From Corynebacterium glutamicum ATCC 13032 (GTDB lineage Bacteria > Actinomycetota > Actinomycetes > Mycobacteriales > Mycobacteriaceae), in assembly GCF_000011325.1 (NCBI RefSeq), contig NC_003450.3:3240001-3272000 (forward strand): DNA of 32,000 nt, given 5' to 3'. Below are positions 25,185 through 32,000 of this stretch, in pieces; within the stretch, counting starts at the first letter, position 1; each line of letters starts with the position of its first letter. Under the pieces are notes generated by a model. That model was not told the DNA's origin. It did no database searches and worked only from the letters and a program-made list of their open reading frames with translations. Position numbers and translations under genes: made by a program.

Positions 25185-26270
25185 ATGAAAAACATCACCA
25201 TCGGAATGGTCGGCGTCGGCCGCATTGGCCGCATGCACGTCGCCAACATGCTTGCCGTTGCTGAAACTTTGAAGGAACGCGACCTCAACATTGAGATCGT
25301 GCTCGCAGACGCAATGCCCGGTTTTGCGGAGCAGGTGGGCGCGGACATGGGCGTGAAGGCGGCGGCAAGCGTCGATAAGCTTATTGAGGACGGGGTGGAT
25401 GCCCTTTTCATTGCCACCAGCACCGCTGGCCACGTCGATGTTTTGCGCAAGGGCATCGCGGCAAAGCTGCCGATGTTCTGCGAGAAGCCGATCGCGTCGG
25501 ATGTGCCTGAGTCGCTGAACATCATCCGCGAAATTGATGCGGCTGGCGCGACGGTTCAGGTCGGCCACCAGCGCCGTTTTGACCTCGGTTACCAGGAAGC
25601 TAAACGACGCCTAGATGCAGGCGACCTCGGCTGGCTTCATTCGCTCAAGGCCGTATCGAGCGATGCGTTTCCGCCACCGGTGTCCTACTGCGCTACCTCT
25701 GGTGGACTTTTCCGCGATGTGTCGCTGCACGATTTCGACATCATTCGCTGGCTGACCGGCCAGGATATTGTCGAGGTGTACGCCAAGGGCAGCAACAACG
25801 GCGACCCAGAAATCGGCGCAGTCGGTGACATCGATACCGGAGCGGCCCTACTCACGCTTGCCGACGGCACCCTCGCCACCGCCATCGCCACTCGTTACAA
25901 CGGTGCAGGCCACGACGTTCGCCTCGATGTTATGGGCTCTAAAGATTCCACGATCGTTGGCCTGGATGAAAAGTCTGCGTTCGCTTCTGCGGAGGAGGGC
26001 ATCGATTTCCCAACCGGCGAATCGCACCCAACGTTTGCCGAGCGCTTCGCCGACGCATACAAGAATGAGTGCATTGCGTTCGTGGAGTTGATCCTGGGAG
26101 AGCGGGAAAACCCTTGTACCCCTGCAGACGCTGTGGCTGCGGCGATTGTTGCCGATGCAGCTCAGCTGTCGCTGGTCACTGGCGAGCCAGTGAAGATTCC
26201 TACTGTACGGGAAATTCTTGAAGGTTCTGCGCAGCCAGTTGAGGTGCGTGCGCTGGTTCCATCTGCTTAA
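25185..26270 (+). CDS. oxiE: inositol dehydrogenase-type Gfo/Idh/MocA oxidoreductase
   Basis: 361 aa with ITIGMVGVGRIGRMH, CEKPI and GGLFRDVSLHDFDIIRW. AAGGAGAAAACCTC precedes the ATG. Confidence 0.8.
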   Translation: MKNITIGMVGVGRIGRMHVANMLAVAETLKERDLNIEIVLADAMPGFAEQVGADMGVKAAASVDKLIEDGVDALFIATSTAGHVDVLRKGIAAKLPMFCEKPIASDVPESLNIIREIDAAGATVQVGHQRRFDLGYQEAKRRLDAGDLGWLHSLKAVSSDAFPPPVSYCATSGGLFRDVSLHDFDIIRWLTGQDIVEVYAKGSNNGDPEIGAVGDIDTGAALLTLADGTLATAIATRYNGAGHDVRLDVMGSKDSTIVGLDEKSAFASAEEGIDFPTGESHPTFAERFADAYKNECIAFVELILGERENPCTPADAVAAAIVADAAQLSLVTGEPVKIPTVREILEGSAQPVEVRALVPSA

Positions 26271-26287
26271 AACCTTACTGCTTATCT

Positions 26288-26319
26288 AAAAGCCGTCCCG
26301 CAGCAGTGGGTCGGCTTTT
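26288..26319 (+). terminator. probable intrinsic terminator of the oxi operon
   Basis: AAAAGCCGtCCC (26288-26299) pairs with GGGtCGGCTTTT (26308-26319) with one T-T mismatch and an 8-nt loop. It starts 17 nt after the stop. Confidence 0.55.
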
Positions 26320-26711
26320 ACGCTCCCACCAAATCCCTAAAGTTGCAGTTGAGACTTTGTGCCGCGGTGAACAAAAGACACCCCCTCTAGATGGGAGCCT
26401 AACGGCCAAACGGACACACTTGCAGGTTCCAAGCCCATTTAAGCAATGTGAACGCCTTAAAACGGCACAGAAGCTACTCTCGCTAAAGTAAACACCTAAT
26501 TCACCTTGATCCCACCGAAAAGCAATGACAGATTCTCCTATAGTTCACATGAATTTAATTAGAAACTTTTAATGTATCTCCCAGGTGTTGGACACTCATT
26601 GACTTGCTATTTCTCAACCTCATCCTGCCTAACCAAAAGGATGGGGTTTTAGCTTTTGCCATTTTGCGTCCACATAAAACTTTCAACTCTTCATTGGATC
26701 TAGGAAAAATT

Positions 26712-29700
26712 ATGAACATCTCAAAGCTCGGACTGAGGATCGCGGTCACAGCAACGGCGACCACAACGGCGCTTGCCCTCGGTGGCACGCACATGGCAGT
26801 TGGTCAAGAAACTGATCTGCTCAACGCTATGGAAACACTCGCTGGGGTTCCCTCAGACTTGGTGGTCACTGAAATCCTCCCCGATACCACCAGCTATGAC
26901 AATTTTGAATTCTTTGAAGTTCACAACACCGGCAGTGCACCCGTGACCATTGGGGAAGGGGAGTACACCTTCGCCTATTCCTTTGACGATTCCGCCGATA
27001 CGTCCCGCGACAAGGCACTGGATCTTGGCGGGGAAGTCACGGTAGATGCAGGCGAAACCATTGTGGTGTGGATTGAGTACTCCAGTTCAACTGTTGATAC
27101 CGCTGCGTTTAGTGAGCAAGACTTCCGTGATTTCTACGGCATGGATTCCTCAGCCCGCATCTTCCGAGCAACTGGCCAGGCGGGTCTCGCTAACGGTGGT
27201 GATCGTGGCATCCGAGTTCTGTACAATGGTGAAGTTTCTGGTTGGTCCCACTACCCATCAGATAGCGCAGCGGTTCAAAAGGGAATTGACTTCGCGCTGC
27301 CAAAAGTAGGGGAGCAGGCCAGCATTGCAGTGCGCACCAAAACTGATCCAACTCCAGGATCAATTACTTCTGATCAGTTGATTCCTGGCGGATTGGACAC
27401 TCCAGAAGAGCCTGAAGCCCCTGAAGACTCTCTTTTTGAAGGGCGCACTCCCCCTAGGGATGCAGCACCGCTGATCCTCACTGAACTAATGGTCAACTCC
27501 ACCAACATGGGCAGTTCTGATGGTTTTGAGTATGTGGAAATCACCAACACTACTGCCGAACCCATCGATTTTTCCGATTACACCTTGAACTACCTGTACC
27601 CGCAGGATGAGTTCACCAACACCAACGAAGCCGTCTGGGCTGCGGAACCTGGTGATGTCATTATTCAGCCTGGAAAATCTCTCGTGTTTTGGATCAAAAA
27701 TGGCCCCAATGATGAGGCAACCGCAGCAGATTTCAATGCAGAATATGGCACCAACCTGGAGGCTGGAAAAGACCTTGTTGAAATCTCCTCAGGTGGGATG
27801 GCCAATGGTACTGCCAGAGGAATGCAGATTCAGACCAACACTGGCCACATAGTCAACCGTGGTTTCTACAACATGGCTGGCGCTTCTGATGTGAAAGCCA
27901 ACGAGGGTCTTCATTTCGCAGTGGATGAGTCTGATCTTCTGAAGCAAACGCTTGTCGGCAGCGGTGCGCCAACCCCGGGCACTGTGTACACTTCGCAGAT
28001 TCCTAATCCACTGTCTGCCGTTATCGCTGATTCTTCTGTACCACTCATCACAGATAATACCGCAACCAGTATCAACCCTGCGGAGCCGTTTACCTTCGCC
28101 TTCAATATCACCGATGATGTCCAGGTGCGCACGGCAACACTGCATGTTACTTCCAGTGCTGGCGAAGCCGCGACAACCATCAACCTCACCGAGGATGACG
28201 GCTCTTTCAATTGGGCTCTGCCTGCAGCGGATCTCACCGGAAAATCCTGGTTCGAATACACCGTAACCGCCACCGACGGATTCAACAGCGTTACCACCGA
28301 GCCGGTACGCGTCACCGTCGACGGCGCCAACACCGACCCGCTGCGCCTCAACCTGGAAGAAAACCAATGGGTCAGTGGCACCACCGATGTTATCGGTGCT
28401 TCAGATGTCTTCGGCGACAAGCTTGAATTGCTTATCGACGACGCGCCTGCAGTCACCAACTCCAGCCTGTCTGCGGCCCCGACGTTTGCGATGGAAGTAA
28501 CCCAAACTGATGTGTTCTTCCGCAACGGCATCCTTGCCGGTGGGGAAGAACTCCGCATTTTCGATCAAGGAACTTACGCCAACACCGAAACCATCTCCAC
28601 ACCAGTCCCGCTGTATCACATCAATGAGGACGGTACCCTCACAGTCAGTGTGTATGCGGGAACTAAAGCAGCACCAGAAATTGACCTCAACGAGAACAAT
28701 GACGATTTCCAGATCAGAAACCTTCGACTAATTCTGCCTGATGGCCGGACCCTCACCCCTGCCGGAATTTCCGATTCTAATGCGTGGCTCAACATGGGAG
28801 ACAGCGCTGGAAAACTCGATTTCTTCGATGCCACCTTCGCCCTCCCTGAGGATGCTTTCACCGGTGTGGCACACGCATGGGATACCACCCAAAGCACAGA
28901 TGGAGAACACCACATCACCATTTCCCGCGAAGACGGCGGGGAAATCAGCCGCACCATCCGGGTTGATAATACTGCCCCAGAACTCACCGTTTCTGGAGTT
29001 GAAGAAGGACAAGAACTGCGCGGCACCGTAGAAATTGATGCCCAGGCAACCGATGCGGGTGCGGGCGTGAAGAGCGTCGAGACGCTTCTCGACGGCGAAC
29101 GCGTGCAACTTCCACTAACCACCGGTTCCATCGCTTTGGATAAAGGTGAACACACCTTGGTTATCCGTGCAGAAGATGAAGTAGGAAACCGCACCGAGAA
29201 AACCATCACGTTTAGCACTCCGGATGAAAACCCCATCAGTGGTGACTACGCTCCAAGCAATGGGGCCACCGTGGGCGTCGGTGACGTTAAGTTATCTGCA
29301 CGAGCAAGTGATCCAAGTGGCGATACTGTCAAGATGACGTTCCTGGAAGCCGATTCACCAAAATTAGATAGTGGTCGCGTCCGAATGTCATCAGGAACGG
29401 TAGAAGATGCCGGAAGTGTCTCGCGCGCCGAGGCGAAAATGTTGGAGAGGGGAGACGTCGAGAAGCTATCCAGCCTGGATGGGCTGGGCATGGAAGTTAC
29501 CTCCGACGCCGCACTGCCGTACCAGCTTTTTGAAGTCGATGCGGCGGATGCACTCGCGGCCGACACTGAAGTGCGCCTGAATTGGGCGGGATCCGCCGAT
29601 GGTCGCGCGCAGGTGATCATGTATGTTTTCGATGGCGAGGCGTGGGTTGAGGTGGATCGTCACTTGACCGGCGATGAGCTGGAAGAGTTTACGCTGCAGG

Positions 29701-31097
29701 GCGTCGTCAATGCGGAAAAATTTGCAATCGGCGGCACTGTCACCGTATTGATTCAGCACTCCGAAGGCTTCGCCGGTGCGGATCATTCAACTAGAAATTC
29801 CGACGTGACCGCAGCGCACCCGGATGATGTGGCTCGCTCTGAGTACGATTTCACCCTCGCGTGGGAATCTGACACCCAGTACTACAACGAGGAATTCCAC
29901 GAGCACCAAACCAACATCCATGACTACGTGCTCGCCGAACGGGAGAACAAGAATATTCAGTTCATGTTCCACACTGGCGATGTTGTCGACGACTGGGATC
30001 AGCCCGCGCAGTGGGCCACAGCCAACCCCGAATACCAGCGCCTCGACGACGCCGGCCTGCCATATTCTGTCCTTGCCGGAAACCACGATGTTGGCCACAC
30101 CAGCAATGACTACACCGAATTCAGCCGACACTTCGGCGAACAGCGCTACGTAGACAACCCGTGGTACGGCGAATCCTACCAAGACAACCGAGGGCACTAC
30201 GATCTATTTTCTGCCGGCGGAATTGACTTCATTAACGTAGCGATGGGCTGGGGTCCAGACGACGAAGAAATCGCGTGGATGAACGAGGTCCTGGCCAAGC
30301 ATCCCGAGCGTGTGGCGATCCTCAACCTCCACGAATTCATGCTCACCACCGGCGGACTTGGCCCGATCCCGCAGCGCATTCTCGACGAGGTCGCAGCCAC
30401 CAACCCAAATGTCAGCATGATCATGTCCGGCCACTACCACGACGCATTCCAACGCACCGACTCCTTTGACGACGATGGTGATGGAGTAGATGACCGCACC
30501 GTCACCTCTATGCTTTTCGATTACCAAGGCCTACCGGAGGGCGGACAGGGGTACCTCCGACTTCTCCACTTTGATAACCAAGGCCAAAAGATGATGGTGC
30601 GCACCTATTCACCATCCCTGAAGGATTACAACTCTGATGAACCCTCACTGTTGGGGCCTGCAGAAGACCCCAACATGTATCAAGAATTCGAAGTGTCCTA
30701 CGAGCAGCTCGGCATCAAACCAGAGGGCCGCACCCTGATCGGCGATTCCTTCAGCGCCGATTTCTTGACCTCCAATGAAATTGGAATAGTTGATGAGGTT
30801 CCTTCTGGAACGATCGCTTCCACGAACTGGAAGGACGTAACCGAAGGTCGCCACAGTTGGTATGTTCGCTCCGAGGATCCTTTCGGCGGCGTCGAGATTT
30901 CACCCGTGCAGTCCTTCATTGCCGGGGAAGAGGCTGGCGGGAACGCGCCCGGCACTGGAAGCTCCAATGGCGGTTCATCCCACGGATTATGGGGTGCGCT
31001 TGCGGGATTCTTTGCCGGAGCGGCAGCCCTGGCTGGAGCTGCGATCGCATTTGTCCCCGGAATTTGGGACTATGTGACCAACGCATTCAAGCGATAA
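26712..31097 (+). CDS. phoC: large secreted/cell-surface phosphoesterase (LTD repeats + Ig-like domains + calcineurin-like metallophosphatase + C-terminal membrane anchor)
   Basis: Start moved to ATG 26712 (signal peptide MNISKLGLRIAVTATATTTALALGGTHMAVG). There are two lamin-tail-like segments (VVTEILPD..FEFFEVHNTG; LILTELMVN..FEYVEITNTT). Metallophosphatase motifs are present: WESDTQYY, HTGDVVDDWD, AGNHD, NLHEF, SGHYHD. The C-terminal hydrophobic helix is GLWGALAGFFAGAAALAGAAIAFVPGIW. The symbol comes from memory of the C. glutamicum phosphate-starvation gene. Confidence 0.85.
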   Translation: MNISKLGLRIAVTATATTTALALGGTHMAVGQETDLLNAMETLAGVPSDLVVTEILPDTTSYDNFEFFEVHNTGSAPVTIGEGEYTFAYSFDDSADTSRDKALDLGGEVTVDAGETIVVWIEYSSSTVDTAAFSEQDFRDFYGMDSSARIFRATGQAGLANGGDRGIRVLYNGEVSGWSHYPSDSAAVQKGIDFALPKVGEQASIAVRTKTDPTPGSITSDQLIPGGLDTPEEPEAPEDSLFEGRTPPRDAAPLILTELMVNSTNMGSSDGFEYVEITNTTAEPIDFSDYTLNYLYPQDEFTNTNEAVWAAEPGDVIIQPGKSLVFWIKNGPNDEATAADFNAEYGTNLEAGKDLVEISSGGMANGTARGMQIQTNTGHIVNRGFYNMAGASDVKANEGLHFAVDESDLLKQTLVGSGAPTPGTVYTSQIPNPLSAVIADSSVPLITDNTATSINPAEPFTFAFNITDDVQVRTATLHVTSSAGEAATTINLTEDDGSFNWALPAADLTGKSWFEYTVTATDGFNSVTTEPVRVTVDGANTDPLRLNLEENQWVSGTTDVIGASDVFGDKLELLIDDAPAVTNSSLSAAPTFAMEVTQTDVFFRNGILAGGEELRIFDQGTYANTETISTPVPLYHINEDGTLTVSVYAGTKAAPEIDLNENNDDFQIRNLRLILPDGRTLTPAGISDSNAWLNMGDSAGKLDFFDATFALPEDAFTGVAHAWDTTQSTDGEHHITISREDGGEISRTIRVDNTAPELTVSGVEEGQELRGTVEIDAQATDAGAGVKSVETLLDGERVQLPLTTGSIALDKGEHTLVIRAEDEVGNRTEKTITFSTPDENPISGDYAPSNGATVGVGDVKLSARASDPSGDTVKMTFLEADSPKLDSGRVRMSSGTVEDAGSVSRAEAKMLERGDVEKLSSLDGLGMEVTSDAALPYQLFEVDAADALAADTEVRLNWAGSADGRAQVIMYVFDGEAWVEVDRHLTGDELEEFTLQGVVNAEKFAIGGTVTVLIQHSEGFAGADHSTRNSDVTAAHPDDVARSEYDFTLAWESDTQYYNEEFHEHQTNIHDYVLAERENKNIQFMFHTGDVVDDWDQPAQWATANPEYQRLDDAGLPYSVLAGNHDVGHTSNDYTEFSRHFGEQRYVDNPWYGESYQDNRGHYDLFSAGGIDFINVAMGWGPDDEEIAWMNEVLAKHPERVAILNLHEFMLTTGGLGPIPQRILDEVAATNPNVSMIMSGHYHDAFQRTDSFDDDGDGVDDRTVTSMLFDYQGLPEGGQGYLRLLHFDNQGQKMMVRTYSPSLKDYNSDEPSLLGPAEDPNMYQEFEVSYEQLGIKPEGRTLIGDSFSADFLTSNEIGIVDEVPSGTIASTNWKDVTEGRHSWYVRSEDPFGGVEISPVQSFIAGEEAGGNAPGTGSSNGGSSHGLWGALAGFFAGAAALAGAAIAFVPGIWDYVTNAFKR

Positions 31098-31109
31098 TTA
31101 TGGATAGGT

Positions 31110-31144
31110 AAACGCTCTACACGGTTTAAGTGTGGAGCGTTTTT
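31110..31144 (+). terminator. intrinsic terminator of phoC
   Basis: Stem AAACGCTCTACAC / GTGTGGAGCGTTT (one G-U wobble), loop GGTTTAA, T-run to 31144. It starts 13 nt after the stop. Confidence 0.8.
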
Positions 31145-31166
31145 CAATGTTTCACGTGAAACATTG
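31145..31166. repeat. core palindrome copy 9 (22 bp: CAATGTTTCAC|GTGAAACATTG)
   Basis: Read directly. It directly abuts the T-run of the phoC terminator. Confidence 0.95.
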
Positions 31167-31249
31167 CAACAAAAATGGCGCTTTTCGACGCCCCCGCCGC
31201 CTCTTCACCGCTGTTAAGTGGCGGGCATTATGGTTGTCGGGGCGAGATG

Positions 31250-31283
31250 AACCCTCAATGTTTCACGTGAAACATTGAGGGTT
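31250..31283. repeat. core palindrome copy 10 (34 bp perfect: AACCCTCAATGTTTCAC|GTGAAACATTGAGGGTT)
   Basis: Read directly. It lies 83 nt after copy 9 and is followed by TT. Confidence 0.95.
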
Positions 31284-31392
31284 TTACACCCAATTAAGAA
31301 AAAATGAATTAAACCAAAACTTCTTAATCGCAGGGGTTAAGGTAAGTTCAGCTAATCAATGAAACTTCCCCTTTCAGCCCGTTGAAGAACCA

Positions 31393-32000
31393 ATGAGCCC
31401 TGCCCGCACCCAGCCCCGAGCGGCTTTCCTAAGGAAGCTCCGACCCATCACATGTAGCCTTTCCTTGGTTCTCGTAGGGTGCAGCAACACGGCAGAGTCC
31501 ACGACCACCGATACGGCAGGCTCCACTGAAACTTCATCACAGATTTCACCCACCACTCCAGTCAGCACCACCGAAGCAGCGCCGCCTGAAGATCCAAGCG
31601 CAAACGCTTTGGAAGAGTATGCTCAGATCCTTGCCAATCCAAGCATCTACCCCTTAACCGAAATTTCACAATTCGTCCCCACAGGCACATATGCCTACAC
31701 ACTTGTTGAAGCAACTTCCGATTCCATCCCAGAACTACTACTCCGCGCCGATAGTCACGAATTCGCGCCAATTTTGGTTTTCACCTATGACGAAAACACA
31801 CAATCCGCAACCCAAGCTGGAGGAGTCCTAATTGACGGTGTCGCCAGCGCCGGCGGTTCACGAGTCAAGGTCAGAGCTTCAAATTCAGGAGCAGGAATCT
31901 ACCAATTGAATTGGTACTCGATACAACCAGTTGGCGAAAGCTCTTTGTACGGAATCCAAGGAAACTCCCTGACACAAATCGCAGACCCCGAGGATTTCAT
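31393..32000 (+). CDS. putative lipoprotein, 5' part (continues beyond window)
   Basis: My own translation from ATG 31393: MSPARTQPRAAFLRKLRPITCSLSLVLVGCSNTAESTTTDTAGSTETSSQISPTTPVSTTEAAPPEDPS... It has a positively charged n-region, the lipobox LVGC, and a Ser/Thr/Pro-rich linker. The frame stays open to position 32000 and is closed upstream by TGA at 31360-31362. It is not in the ORF track because it has no stop in the window. Confidence 0.65.
   Translation, partial: MSPARTQPRAAFLRKLRPITCSLSLVLVGCSNTAESTTTDTAGSTETSSQISPTTPVSTTEAAPPEDPSANALEEYAQILANPSIYPLTEISQFVPTGTYAYTLVEATSDSIPELLLRADSHEFAPILVFTYDENTQSATQAGGVLIDGVASAGGSRVKVRASNSGAGIYQLNWYSIQPVGESSLYGIQGNSLTQIADPEDF

Noticed and set aside
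27789-29620. Several 100-215 aa minus-strand ORFs inside phoC
   Set aside because: They are antisense to a continuous 4.4-kb ORF carrying a signal peptide and metallophosphatase motifs. Their sequences are Ser/Val/Arg-rich and low-complexity.
31374-31771. Two minus-strand ORFs of 65 and 69 aa
   Set aside because: They are antisense to the better-supported + strand lipoprotein ORF, which has a signal peptide and lipobox.
1-32000. Search for CRISPR arrays, IS/transposase genes, integrases, tRNA/rRNA, prophage genes or defence-system genes
   Set aside because: None seen. The only repeated family is the short palindrome. All long ORFs have housekeeping or metabolic signatures, and composition looks uniform apart from AT-rich promoter regions.

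Overview
The window reads as ordinary chromosomal DNA of a Corynebacterium glutamicum-type actinobacterium. This is inferred from gene order and a characteristic intergenic palindrome; no database search was possible. I support about 31 protein genes and found no rRNA, tRNA, CRISPR array, transposase or phage gene.

Gene order, left to right:
- trpA 3' end.
- Ascorbate-type PTS EIIC and EIIA-EIIB (minus strand).
- ABC ATPase, ABC-2 permease and a Tat-exported Rieske lipoprotein (one operon).
- An Old-Yellow-Enzyme (OYE) flavin reductase.
- A bile-acid:Na+ symporter family (BASS) transporter.
- A DUF1684-like protein.
- The ArsR-type regulator cyeR, divergent from a second OYE (cye1) and an NmrA-like NAD(P)-binding protein.
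- Three tandem 51-56 aa Gln/Phe-rich paralogs. Two are absent from the ORF track in the correct frame.
- An SDR, tatE, a POT peptide transporter and a TetR regulator.
- The iolT2, maleylacetate reductase and hydroxyquinol 1,2-dioxygenase operon.
- A divergent 494 aa tandem-duplicated IclR regulator, then four inositol-type genes (oxiC, a TIM-barrel isomerase/dehydratase, oxiD, oxiE).
- The giant secreted phosphoesterase phoC.
- A lipoprotein gene running off the right edge, also not in the track.

Many track ORFs are over-extended at the N terminus. I moved starts to ATGs with Shine-Dalgarno (SD) support where I could see one.

Main hunt results:
1. Ten copies of a nested palindrome with an invariant core, ATGTTTCAC|GTGAAACAT, and variable but self-complementary flanks. 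Most sit a few nt after stop codons. Two bare-core copies sit in promoter regions, and two loci already have a canonical terminator.
2. The small-protein triplet. Each copy carries its own palindrome 8-11 nt after the stop, and a 26 aa hydrophobic sORF lies upstream.
3. The single-chain double IclR regulator.
4. Co-clustering of an inositol transporter and inositol oxidoreductases with hydroxyquinol ring-cleavage genes.
5. A perfect TAGAC-N6-GTCTA (McbR-type) box over a -10 element upstream of the DUF1684 gene.

All product calls rest on motifs read by eye and on memory of the families. None was verified by search.
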